Part shown: in pieces, positions 49,315-61,597 of the stretch
Position numbering within the stretch: position 1 is the stretch's first letter
Layout: each line of letters begins with the position of its first letter
From: Patellaria atrata CBS 101060
Lineage: Eukaryota
NCBI GenBank assembly: GCA_010093705.1
Contig: MU006096.1
Location: forward strand, 235,558-299,557
Reading direction: 5' to 3'
Length of the DNA: 64,000 nucleotides
Made by a program: the position numbers and the translations under genes
The notes under the pieces: generated by a model
The model's input: only the letters and a program-made list of their open reading frames with translations
Told to the model about the DNA's origin: nothing
Databases searched by the model: none

Positions 49315-51152
49315 TCAAATAAAGTGTCTCGCAAGTTCTCCCTGTGGCTGCTTTCTCCACCCCAACATGTTCCAAATCGAGTCATTCGTCTAAGAGTAGA
49401 ACAGGGGGTATTGAGCAACATCGACCTTTTCACCACTCTCCTGCTCTTGCTTCATAGGCGCCTGAAGATCATGCATTTGAAAATCCTCAGGTTCTCCTAT
49501 AGATCCACTATATTCCGTGGTTGCATGGACATCTGGTCTCGTCTAAGCGTTACGTAAGACTTTCGCAGTATGAGCGGTACCCCCTCCAGTGGATGCTGGA
49601 TGCTGTACAGGTACTTGTTCGTCCTGTCGCACCCAGGCGTGGCCAGGAAATATTTCGCACATCATACGTTCAATGGACGCGTCCGGAATGAATTCACGGA
49701 TCGGGGGCAAACCGGAGAGTAAAGAGATTTGCAATTCCGGAATGGTTTGTGGAATTGCAATTGGCTGTTGCGCTTGCACGGACTGTATCGGTGGAGCCGC
49801 CTTGGATTTTGCGCTTGTGTAAGCGGCGCCAATAGAGCTTGTAGAAATTGCCATGATGGAGATTGTAGCATCGGCGCTGGATACTCAGGGGGATTGTCCA
49901 TACGGTGATACAACCCTTGGCCGAGATGAAGAGCATTATCGTTAATGAGGGTTTGCATCTGTATTCTCTCTTGAGCTATTGCCGCCTGAAAAGGATATCC
50001 AGGCTGCATCAATGGCTGGATTTGAAAAGCAGGCCGCTGCACTGGTATTACCTGTCGAGTTTGGGGTATATAATGCTGCTGGGCAGGTTCAATCCTGGGG
50101 GTTGTCTGTGCAAAACCATGGTATGACTGAGGCATTGCCCAGACTGGGACTATTTGCGAACCCGTCCATACCCTTCTCGCCTCAACAACCTTTCCAAGAA
50201 ACTGCATGATATGTGGCCGACTACTTGGCTGTTGTACCAAACATAATTGCATGAGATTGTCTAAAGTAACACTGTACGTGGCTCTCCTTGATTCTCCTCG
50301 AACTGGTTCAGAGTACTCGCTAATTTTAAGAATCCACATAGTGGCTCTTGTACTATTCCGGACGGCCCAACGAGTTCCCACAGCCCGCATGTATTCGGCG
50401 GCATCGTAGGGCGTTACTTTCAATGCTAGGAAGTCTACCACGGCACCTAGCGCCCATAGGTCCGCTGATGTAGATGATTTAGGGAACTCTGGGGCTTGCC
50501 AGAATGGGGTCCCAACTCTCGAATCGTGTACGTCTTCTTGGTAGCCATGTCGGCCCGACAATCCTGCAATGCCCAAATCGGTGAGCTTAACCTGTGGGAA
50601 CGGTGAGGTAGAATCTCTCTTCAGTAAAATGTTCGCCGGTTTAATGTCACGGTGGACTATGGATACCCAGCTCCCATGGCCATAATTTTCAGTTCCATGT
50701 CCGGTCGCAAGGAAAGCAAGAGCAAGCGATACCGATTTTAGGACATGCCAAGTAAGTCCCTCCGGGAATTCGACACTGAAATTCTCATGAGACTTCTTAA
50801 GGTCTCGGAGATCTCCTATGTCGCAGTGCTCTAAGACCATGGAAGCAGCTGCAGGATGGGGCTGTTGCGGCTGCCAACCAAGCATGTGCATTACATGGCG
50901 ACAGCGCGCAGTTAGTTTAAGCATGCGCACTTCATGTGGGAGGATTTAGGAATTTGGCGTGTATTTGATCGTTTTAACGGCTACAGTGTCATTAGTATGA
51001 ATATTTCGGTATAAGTTTACAGGTCCCTCGGCGCCACGACCAAGGACACGGCTCGTCTCCATCACATAGTCTGTCGCTAAAGAGCCAACCGTCTGGATGA
51101 AAGTTGGTGGAAGGATATGTGGATCGTAAGTCTTTCGATCATATAGAGACAT
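49315..51152 (-). pseudogene. NIMA/NEK-like Ser/Thr kinase interrupted by an in-frame TAA (pseudogene or recoding-dependent gene)
   Basis: GRGAEG, VAVK, then TAA 50946-50948, then in frame HEVRML, HRDIKPAN, DLG, WQAPE, DLWALG; P/Q-rich tail with an apparent frameshift and further TAGs. Confidence 0.8.
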
Positions 51153-52075
51153 TTTTCGTAGATAATGTTTTGATTTTCAAATATGAAGGAGTGCTGTTTT
51201 GAATACGATAGATATCAGGAGGTGGTATGGAACGAGTTCGAATGACCAAAGTAAGAATGCGTTTTGCTCTGGGTTCGAAGAATGTTAGACTGTGGAGGGA
51301 GAGTTTTGGAAATTAAAGTAAGAACGAGATTTATTTGTAATTCCGCAGATATGAGAGTTTTGCAGAGTTATGGCGACTCTTGAAGAGCGTGGAAATGGTG
51401 TTGATGTGCTTTGTGGACAGATTATGTAAGTACCCACTGGAAGTTAAACAATGTGATCAAGTGATGAGGATAGGGGTGAGGCGCAAGCGTGGATGTAAAC
51501 AATATAGATGCACCTGACCCACTATGGTGACTGCTATCTATCAACCTCCTGCATGAAGCATTAACATGCTAGAGCAAATTCTTGACTTATGTCACAAAAT
51601 TGCCTACTATTATGATCAGCTATGTCTAATGACACTGCTAATCAGGTGGTTCATGGGGGCAAAATACCGCTGGTTACAGATCCCATGTGGAGTTGATAAC
51701 TGACGTGAGGAGCATTGTCTCCAGCACCCGGTGAAATTCAAGCTGCAGATTATTAAGCAAGGAAATAGTGACAAATTTGAGATGTGAACTGATTAGGTGA
51801 CTATTTTTTGAGATAATAATAATCTATTTCAACCTAACTGGTCTCATAGCGGCGCCTTCGAAATATTCGTAACAATCCCATTAGTGTTTTTTGTTAACAA
51901 GAGGAATTGAGAGATATCTCTCCAAGAACACCAAACATACATTGCGAAATTTCATTTACTTGCTATTTTAGTACTCTGAAGCTCCTCCCGGGACCAGTTC
52001 TAGTTTGCAGAGCAGGTATTTGCATCCCTAGGGGTATCTCCGTACCCATATATATCCGAGGAACCATGGGACTAA

Positions 52076-53112
52076 CTAGCTCGTGAATCCCACTTGTCCA
52101 ATTAATGATTTGGTACGCGCATGAAAGTTACCTTCTACAGGAGGTTGTATGCTTCCTTGCATAGAAAGAGGGTATTGGGCACCTGTTATCAAGGGAGGCG
52201 CTTGAAGTCCAGGTGCCAGTGGACGAGGTGATTGACGAGGTACTTGCTGTTGGGCAGAGAGAGGCGCGTAGGTCGGACTCGTAATCCCTGAGAAACCTTC
52301 TCATCTAGGTAGTGATGGTGCAAAAATGATTTGAGGTCGAGCTGTTATATAAGGGGTATGATGTTGCGGTGGAGGGAAGGATGGCTGATCCTGGATCTGA
52401 TGAGGAAAGATTGGATTCGGTGTGGAGAGCATGGTTTCAGGGCGACACTATTTGAATCTCTTATGACCGAAGTTACTCTTTGGTAGACTTAGAGGGGTAG
52501 ACTTAATTTGCAAATTCGCGGAGGGGGAGACGAAGTTTTGATATTGGGACTCATAGAGTCCTTTGGATTGAAAGTCCTGCAAAGTATAGTTCTGCCCTTG
52601 AAGGTTGATTTGGCCAGTTTGTTGAGGACCAAGACAAGGTTGGTATGATGTATGTGCGGGGAGGTGACTAAAGGGAGGAATTTGGGTTTGCTGTTGAATA
52701 GAGAGTTGCATGGGCTGTTCGCGGAACTGCTGGGTGGGATACTGGGTGGGTTCTGGTTGCTGACCTGTCAAGGCTGTATTCCGATTACTTGTTCTAGTTG
52801 TTCGATGAAGATGAGCAAGAATTAGCATTTATACGTGGGAGAAGATACGAACGTGGTTATATTAATAATATTAAGATGATGGTCAGAGGCTTTCCCTATT
52901 TTTTCGCAATCACCACAGACATCATGATCGGGACACGATTCGCAATGCCATCTGATCCCTTTTAGGGGCATGGTATTGCACTCGTTACACCTCACACCTT
53001 GGTGAACATCTAGGGTTGCATGTTGCGACTGCCAAAACATAGTATTCATGGTGTTATTGCCGAATCCCACCACATCCATGGAGTTCATGTACCCGGGTAT
53101 ATATGCCGCCAT
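52076..53112 (-). CDS. ZZ-type zinc-finger protein with P/Q-rich tail; first stop at 52448-52450 but coding-like sequence continues to 52076
   Basis: HQGVRCNEC..GIRWHCESCPDHDVCGDC..H; phase-2 intron GTTCGT..GCTAAT..TAG joins ORFs 52822-53187 and 52448-52828. Confidence 0.65.
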
Positions 53113-54014
53113 ATTTGAATGGTGAGGGGCCTGTGAGAGACTCACAGATGATGACGATACGGAAAAAAAAGGGACAGAACGTAACACACGTTACTTTTCG
53201 CAACTGCTATGGTAAAGGAAGGAAGGGGGAAGAGGTTAAAGATGTAAGTCGACTGATATATCATCGTATGGCTCTGTAGGAAAAGGAATTCGTAGGATCT
53301 AATAGGTGGTTGGATGATCGAAACCCAGAAAGGACTTAACGTAAAGTAGGAAAGAAGAGAGGAAGGTTCAGCCAGCGGACAACCAAGCTTTTACACTCAT
53401 ACCATCGGTTCGTTCAGCCCTCGTACAATTGAGGTGCTCCCGCCCGTACTTGGGATTGAAAGGGTTGGAAAAAGACATTGCTGTAGACCCTAAGGTTATA
53501 GCAGGATTTCGGCAAAAGCTATATATCAGAAAATTCGGTCTGAAAGACTTCTGAAGCGCCTTTTCGTTCAGCCTCAGCTGCCTATTCTTAGACAGTTGGG
53601 ACTAGGAGAAGACCCGAGGTGACGTTGGAGGTTGTAGAGGAATTATTGAACAAACAGGACAAACATAGCCTGCCCGTCTGAATAATTGCGGGATAGCGGG
53701 GGATCTAGCTTCAGCTGCCTTGTGCCCTCATAGAGGCCTGGCCCCATCGCAATGAACTTACAACCCTCGATTATTCATATAATTCTTGTAAGCCGCTCTG
53801 ATCTTCTTTTGAGTACTGGTTCCAAAGCGATCCTCTTCTCCCTTCAGTCGGACTTCGTTCCTCATAGTCCCCACTTGCGCAGCTCACTTCTGTGTACAGA
53901 ACAAGCCACCAGACTTCATTACAGCCTTGCCGTACACCAAGAGGAATATTTGAAGCAGTTACCGATTTTACGTTCCTACACAGCAATACAATATCGACAC
54001 CGGTGTCAAACGCA

Positions 54015-55388
54015 ATGGCGAGTCGAAATGGCCAGCAGGGAGCGGCCCCTCAAGCGCAAGTACAGCCATGCCGCTATAAGACGGGAAAGACACTTGGAGC
54101 TGGTTCATATTCCGTAGTAAAGGAATGCGTACATATTGATACTGGGCGATACTACGCAGCCAAGGTGATCAATAAACGGCTAATGGCGGGCAGGGAGCAC
54201 ATGGTAAGCTTCTATCACTTTCGAGCGTTGATCGCGGTTTGCACTAAAGTTAGTTATAAAGGTACGAAATGAGATCGCAGTTCTGAAAAGAGTCTCGATG
54301 GGTCATCGAAATATCCTGACGTTGGTGGATTATTTTGAAACAATGAATAACTGTACGTAGAACTGTCGTTATCTGACAGCCTTCACTTACATGTCCCGCA
54401 GTATATCTCGTCACAGACCTCGCGCTCGGAGGTGAATTGTTCGACAGAATCTGTAGAAAAGGCAGTTACTATGAAAGTGATGCTGTGGATCTTATTCGGG
54501 CTACTCTATCAGCTGTAGCATACCTCCATGATCATGGGATTGTCCACCGTGACCTTAAGCCAGAGAATCTGCTCTTCAGAACCCCGGAAGACAACGCGGA
54601 CCTTCTGATCGCCGATTTTGGATTGTCGAGAATTATGGATGAGGAACAATTCCATGTCCTGACCACAACTTGCGGCACTCCAGGTTATATGGCCCCTGAA
54701 ATTTTTAAGAAGTCGGGTCATGGGAAACCAGTGTGCGTATCAATGTCCAATGAACCCACCCATTAATTAATAAGCTTTTAGTGATCTTTGGGCTATTGGA
54801 GTTATAACTTATTTCCTCCTATGTGGATATACACCCTTTGATCGCGACTCAAATCTTGAAGAGATGCAAGCTATCCTTGTCGCCGATTACTCATTTACGC
54901 CTCTTGAATACTGGCGTGGAGTCTCTCAAACAGCCAGGGAATTTATCAAACGCTGTCTGACAATCGATCCTCACCAGCGTATCACTGCACATGAAGCATT
55001 GTCACACCCTTGGATTGCCGATACTGCTCCGATTCAAGATGGAGAGGATCTACTCCCCGTTGTCAAGAAGAATTTTAATGCGAGAAAGACACTTCATGCT
55101 GCTATCGATACTATCCGGGCTATCAATCAACTTAGAGCCGGTGGGGGTGCAGCGATGATGGATGGAGCTTTAAGCAAAGATCCTGGCCGGGCGATGGGTG
55201 CTGGACTAATAGGAGCGGCGCAACAAGCAAGAGGCATTAGGAACAATGTCCCCCAGCCGGAAGAAGAAGGATCGGACCCGATGGAGATCGACAGCCGTGG
55301 AAATGCCCGAGGTCAAACGGAAGAGATGATTCATGAACAAGAGCGACGGATTCGGCAGACCCAAGAGCAGTTATGGAGTCAAAGATGA
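54015..55388 (+). CDS. cmkB: Calcium/calmodulin-dependent protein kinase, CmkB-like; 4 exons
   Basis: VQPCRYKTGKTLGAGSYSVVKEC, GGELFDRI, HRDLKPEN, DFGLS, TTTCGTPGYMAPE, CaM-binding FNARKTLHAAIDTIRAINQL. Confidence 0.92.
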
Positions 55389-56615
55389 CCTTAGAAATAT
55401 TGATATACCCTTTCTGTTATTTGCTTATATTTGTGGCAAGGGTAGGTCTGGTTATTTATTGGATGTGTTTGTGGATCTAATCGGACAAGTCTTCTTTTAT
55501 TGCTTATGTTAATGGCCATTTTTTTTATTCCACAGTTGTCTTCGGTCCTCCAACATTACGATCTCCAAGATTATCGGGTATACAAAGGTGGAACACTCCG
55601 GGGGCTCAATTATGTCTCATTTGTTTAAGTTTCTTAAGCCATACTCAAACCACTTCTCTCACACTTCAAAAATTCCTGAATATCCCTTGTCTAAATTGGA
55701 GAATTGGTCTCTGCCATTCTTTACCTTGCATCCAATCATCTTCAATAGTGAGCTTTAAAGATGGAAACTACTGTACCTACCCCACGGGTTCATTCCAGTT
55801 AGCCGCCCCGGTGCAAGATTAAATTCGCTGCGACTTCCCACACTAGGTTTTTTGGATAACTCTTACCCCTGGTAGGGGACGACCCGATCATCCTGATCAT
55901 GGATGTCGGTATGCCGCCACATATATGTTTGCAGATTTGTAAGCCTTAGATGGCGGCTGGTTAGGGAATCAAACTCCACGGAGTTTGTACCCTGCGGTAA
56001 AGACAATGAATTCAACCTTTCAATTAATGAATCGGTTCCCTATCGTGACGATCGTCCCTCCTGGACACCCTTTTTCATACTGTCTCCGACACCAGCACAC
56101 AGGAATTTGGGGATAGTACAGGGGCGCTTAACCGTACACATAGCCTAACCGTGTAAGCTCGCTTGATGAACGCTCATTCTTGAATGTCCTTTAGACGCTA
56201 CTTCAGATAAATTACGTGAGGATATGGAAGATTCGTAAGAGGGGGCCCATTCGAACGTTTAGACCATGTCACCTTTCGGTACTCCCAACTTAACAGCCTG
56301 CCAGTAGATGTTTAGTAAGTTTATGGAGGTGAAAGGTTACCAATCATTATGAGGAAAGAAATGAATTCTTTAATCTTATGTATTGTCTATATGTAGTTCC
56401 TATCAGCACTACTGAAGACTAGGATGTATTAAGAATGAATACAATGCTGGCAAACCAAAGCCCACCACCCATATAAGATAAATTAACAATGTAGAAAACC
56501 AGAACCTACACCGTCATATTTCCAATATGATCGCGCTACCAAAGGGATGTGATATAACAAGGAAATTATCGTAAGAGATCAAAGTTTCGAGACGACCACG
56601 GAAGTGACAATCGGT

Positions 56616-57673
56616 CTATGTTACTTGCGTATGTAGAGAAGGTATGGAGTAGGATGAACCCCAATACACATCTTCAACATACATGTTACACCACGTATGC
56701 CCATTTCCCGTAGGCCTTGCTCCATTACCGAATATGCATGAAGATCTACGTCCAAGACCGTATATCATATCGATGAAACCATAGTAAACGGTCCAAGTCG
56801 TCAATCATTGAGTTTGGGATGGTCTTTCAATGCGGTACGTGTCGAACGTTTCAGAAACAACTCTTGTTGTTGTGTAAGGCATCCGGTCTTATTGTTGCGA
56901 TCTATCACCTCCCAGTACACATATATTTCCTTCAAGTCCGGCAATTGGGTAACTATCTCCTTGAGGTATTCCATTTTGGCAAGCAGTTCCTCACAGCGGC
57001 CATCTTTACCCTTTGCTACGGTTTCTTTCTGATCATGAGTCGCTTTGCCGCTTATTGCGAAGTTGAAGGCACATCTAAGTGCAGTTGCAAACACTTTTGG
57101 TACTTTGAACGCCAGAGGGGATAACTCTATCGTCCTCGGAATGAAAATCTGAAGCCCTGCGCCGCTGTGTCGAAGGTTGAGATAACAACTGAGAAAGTGT
57201 TGGTTCACCAGAGCGACACAATGTCGCGTCTTGATTGAAATTGACCTTAAGCACCACGGGCAGGATCTTTCTGAACCATCTTCTATACAGCTTGGTCCTC
57301 GGTGCTTCGTCAAGTGATCCATGTATTCGATTTGGTTGATGGGTTTAAGCGAATCATCAGAGACTACATGTAGCAGTACTTCATAGAGGAGTTCATTTGG
57401 GAGTCGCATCAGATGGCACTTGCCGTCTGAGCGAGGCATTTCCGCGAGTGTGCGTCCACTGCGAATAACCGATGTTGGGAAGTATGGTGATGAGTCGAGA
57501 GATGGTTGATATGAGTGTCCAAACATCTTCCAGGAAAGGTCTGTGGCTTCGTATATCCTTTCTGGGGCCAAATCTCCCAATGGATGGTGCTAAGGTTGAT
57601 CAATGAGTTGTGTAGGAGTAGAAGGTGGTATAGAAGTAGAATGTGGTGTAGGAGTAGAGGGTTATATGAGCAT
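56616..57673 (-). pseudogene. F-box-like protein, paralog 1, damaged
   Basis: LMRLPNELLYEVL; VALVNQHF; QLPDLKEIYVYW; in-frame ATG 57673 followed by TAA and TAG; probable frameshift near 56803. Confidence 0.6.
57610..57658. repeat. 18-bp imperfect tandem repeat x2.7 (reads PSTPTP-like on the minus strand)
   Basis: GTGTAGGAGTAGAAGGTG / GTATAGAAGTAGAATGTG / GTGTAGGAGTAGA. Confidence 0.8.
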
Positions 57674-58036
57674 TAAGAAAGGTAACTTAGTCACTTCCGG
57701 GCTTTTTAAATTGCGAAGATGAGGGTACACGTGCATATAGCAGGATGGTCAAATACTCAATTGTTACTGTACTGGGGTTGATCGACCCGATTCGAGTTAA
57801 GAATTGACATTTTGCCAAGGTCAAGGCAACACTACGTCTTTGCTACATTAGTTTAATATTCTATTAAATGGTAAAATTCATAAACCTATGTACGATAAGA
57901 CAAGACAATGTTTTCGGATGACGCTTCATATTGGTAATTTTAGTATCCTCAACTAATATATTGCGTACCTTCGAACAACCCTAATGTACAATGTTCCACT
58001 AATGACTTTGTCAAGATATCTAGCTCCCTTTAGTAA

Positions 58037-58966
58037 TCAGGGCTGCGGCGTAGTGTGGCTATAACGATCCAACTCTGATCCTCGACCGGAGTCAATTTGG
58101 TATCTCATTGGAGCCCAGAGCCTTCCTTGCTTCTTGAATGCGTAGACCATGGCAAGATTGTTTCTGAAGGTCTTAGCGATAGCGATGATCATCGAGTACA
58201 GCTGCGTTGGGGGGTTGTTGCAAACTCTTCGTCTTGCACTATATATCAAAGGGTGGGCCAGTTCACGGTCTGATACCTCTTCAAGGGTATTAATATGCCA
58301 GTTGACCCTGAGCTGCTTCAAGTTCGGAAGCTGATGTGACAAGTTCAGAACGTTAGTCATTTTGTTGTTAACATCCTGTTCCCAGTCTCGGGGACGGTGT
58401 GCAGTCCATAATCCTTCCATATGCAGGTCAAAAGTGTATGTATACGCTCTCATGTGTTCTGGTGGAATAGTCCAAACCGGGGCCTCCCTGTAAGTTGCAC
58501 TAACCCTGTGCGGAACGATGATTCGAATATGCACCTCCTTTTCTATGTGGTGCGAGTAGGCGCTGCTGAATCGCTTATTCACTAAAGCGACCAGGCGAGT
58601 CTCTGATGCAAGCATCAACTTCGGCTCACGGTTCTGAGCATTCATAAGTGGTTTATACTCGTCTGGGATAACCGGAAGTTGTGCCTCGCACACGACTTGT
58701 CCCATTATACGATCCAGGAGTTCGTTTGGTAGCTTGTCAAAAAGACATGTCCCATTAGCGGGAGGAACTTCCGAAATGTTATGCCTTTGGGGTGTTCCCT
58801 CTTGACCCAGAGCAGAGGGTCCATGGAATAGAACTCGAGGTGGGTTGGCATGTTGATCTTGAGACATGTCTTCGACGTTCAGCTCGCAAAGCTCAAGGTA
58901 AGTAGTAGCTCGTGTAATGACTTTTGTGTTTTTCTGCATACAAGGTGTAAATGAGGAGAGAAACAT
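58037..58966 (-). CDS. F-box-like protein, paralog 2, intact
   Basis: FDKLPNELLDRIM; VALVNKRF; QLPNLKQLRVNW; uninterrupted 309-aa ORF. Confidence 0.75.
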   Translation of the reverse strand: MFLSSFTPCMQKNTKVITRATTYLELCELNVEDMSQDQHANPPRVLFHGPSALGQEGTPQRHNISEVPPANGTCLFDKLPNELLDRIMGQVVCEAQLPVIPDEYKPLMNAQNREPKLMLASETRLVALVNKRFSSAYSHHIEKEVHIRIIVPHRVSATYREAPVWTIPPEHMRAYTYTFDLHMEGLWTAHRPRDWEQDVNNKMTNVLNLSHQLPNLKQLRVNWHINTLEEVSDRELAHPLIYSARRRVCNNPPTQLYSMIIAIAKTFRNNLAMVYAFKKQGRLWAPMRYQIDSGRGSELDRYSHTTPQP

Positions 58967-59240
58967 GTTTATGGTAATCCAAATTTATATTTAAATCAGA
59001 AGGAGTGTTGTCCATCTAAAATTCTTGTGCTTGGTGAATACTGAAGTTTGGAATAAAGTTAAGGGTAATGTTAACATAGGAATTAGAGAAAGGGAAGAAG
59101 TGTATTGTGCTAACACGATCTGCCGCCAGACAGAAAATTCACTGTACATTATGTGGGATATAGAGAACCTTATATAAGCCCTCTAGTACCGCGACCTTGA
59201 ACTTCAAGCCACTGAGAAAGAGTCAAAATTTAAAAACAAT

Positions 59241-60041
59241 ATGGCAGAGAACAATCTTCAAATGATAGCTGGTTTCATGAGCCTCCTAACCGAGCTTCGG
59301 GTGATGGTTTTCGAGTACGCTATATGCGATACTGGTATAGCGAAGACGAAAGACGGAGAACTGTACTCAACGTATCCCAAAGGGTCTCTGAATCTACCTA
59401 GGAGTGATGCCTCCGAGTATAAATGGCAGCCAAGATCCCACGGGCATGATTCTGGTCAACAAGGAGCTCAGCCAGAACTATATCTGGTCTGCGTACAGGT
59501 TCGCAATGCCAAAGTTACGCATTGGATGGTTCCGAGGTAGTTCCTTCACGATGGGCCCGGATCGAGTGGTAGGGGGATTGACATCCTGCCATCTGAATTT
59601 AGGCATCCATACCTCTACATTATCTTCCGTGGGGATTAACCGGGACAGTGTGGAGACTATATCGAGATGATGTGAACTCAACTTCTCGCTTGTATTGGAA
59701 GGTTGCCCAGTATCTAACAACTCCACATCACGATCACTGCTGCAAGGGCTCCTTGCTTCGACACTTTAGCGCTTAGCTCGTACACGTACGATTATTCGTT
59801 ATGGCCACGGATAGAGACCGCTCTTTCATCCGCGAAGAACATCAAACACGTGCATATCGTGTATAGAACGAAATGGGACGATAAATTTGAGATGAGAACT
59901 GTGACGAAGAGGACGTACGAGTGGTCAGAAGTAGAGGAGTCCGGCAAATGTACCAAGAGACCTGTTCTGAGGCGTAGGATTGTCGACGGGTTGTTTCGAA
60001 ATCATGGGGTAGTTCCGAGCGGGAGCGAAAATAAGCAATGA
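59241..60041 (+). pseudogene. F-box-like protein, paralog 3, frameshifted
   Basis: TATATAA ~59171; FMSLLTELRVMVFEYA; MILVNKEL in another frame; KNIKHVHIVY further downstream; internal stops. Confidence 0.6.
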
Positions 60042-60468
60042 TCCAGTACTATCGCTGGCTCTGGAATGTCGACGATGGCAGATCGAAAGGTTGCGGAAAT
60101 CTCCAAAGCTGAAGTGGAGTATCTCTGGGCCTGTCATGCCATTCCTCGCTCTCTCTCTGAAGCTCGTCTCTCCGATGCTTCTGTAAAAGGAGCAGAAACG
60201 TGCGAAATGCCTAACTGAATGTAGGACTTGATCTTACAGACAGTGGAGCTCTGCAGTTCACCAGGAGGCTAATAATTTTTCCACCAGCATATAACAGCCA
60301 AAGAAGGCCAACCGCAACGGGGAAGATTACCTATGAATCCTCTCTTGTATAGAATCATGGAAACCTCCATAATAGTTGATAGAATTGGTTTTCGATTGAA
60401 TGCCCACATTTTTGGTTAAAGTAACATCCCTTAAACTCCTCTGTGAAATAAATATCTCTTCTGTTCCC

Positions 60469-60933
60469 TTAAGCGCCATTCAGCAGCTTCTCCGCTGCAC
60501 CAATGACCCCCGTATCCACATCTTTGACAACTCCACACCTCACACTCACGCTCCTCCACATGCCTCCGACCGGTCTGATTTCCGGCATAAACACCGCCGT
60601 ATTTTGATACCATGGACCCTCCTCTTCCTGTTCCGGCCCACCACAATTGGAGACGCTGTACAAGCGCGCCTCGCATCTATCGTCTTTGTTCGCGACGAAG
60701 ATCCCGCATTCTGCGGTGGCGGGGAGTGTGTAGCAGACGGGCTTAGTATGCTGAATTCCGGGTGGGGAGAGCGAGAGCGGCGGAAGGGACGGACCGTGAC
60801 AGGATTTTGAGCCTGCGGTGCCAGTGTGGAGGGGGGCAATTATGGGAAGGGGGGAAGGAAGGGATTTGGGGGATGAGAGAGTGAAGTGGGAGAATGCCAG
60901 GAGGAGAACGAGAGGTTGGATGTTCAGACGCAT
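60469..60933 (-). CDS. Small secreted Cys-rich protein (154 aa, 6 Cys)
   Basis: Signal-like MRLNIQPLVLLLAFSHFTLS; 6 Cys; intronless. Confidence 0.72.
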   Translation of the reverse strand: MRLNIQPLVLLLAFSHFTLSSPKSLPSPLPIIAPLHTGTAGSKSCHGPSLPPLSLSPPGIQHTKPVCYTLPATAECGIFVANKDDRCEARLYSVSNCGGPEQEEEGPWYQNTAVFMPEIRPVGGMWRSVSVRCGVVKDVDTGVIGAAEKLLNGA

Positions 60934-61597
60934 TGAATAGGAACCTGCTGACTTGTAGTTGAGATAAATAGAAATTGAAAAGGAGTAGCTCAAGTATCTT
61001 GATGATGGTGATGGTAATGATAATGATGTCTTTTGTTTTCGACTCCGAATGGAAATTCGCGACGTTATGAAGATGCAGGATGCTCTTACTGTACCTTTCT
61101 ACTTGGTACTTACCAAGCAGGTCGTCTATAATCATGTCGATCACTGAATGTATCAAGTTTTGCATTATGGACGACTGAAGCTGGGGGGCGTTTCGAAATC
61201 TCTCTGGGGATGTCGTTGTATGAAAGGGCCTTTATCTTATCATCATCTTATCGATAAGACCTCACATCTTGATTACCTTATAGAGAATGACTTACCTACC
61301 GTTGCCGAGAAATGCGTGACATTGCCGACGTCAAATTCTCATAAAGCTAGTATGATTGGTGTGAACCTTCTGGAGTATCTCCGCCATACATCAATTCGAA
61401 AATGCCGTTTCAGGGACCATCTTACTGACCCCTGGCCGGTCCATACGTCATGACGTTACGATGATTATGGATTGACATAACCCAGTGCTTCCGTACAAAG
61501 GATGTTTATGATCCATAAATACCCACGAGTATGTCCGGCTAAGATTATTTAATTCACTGCTTAGTGTATAGCAATCTCAGAAAGAAACGCTTATATT

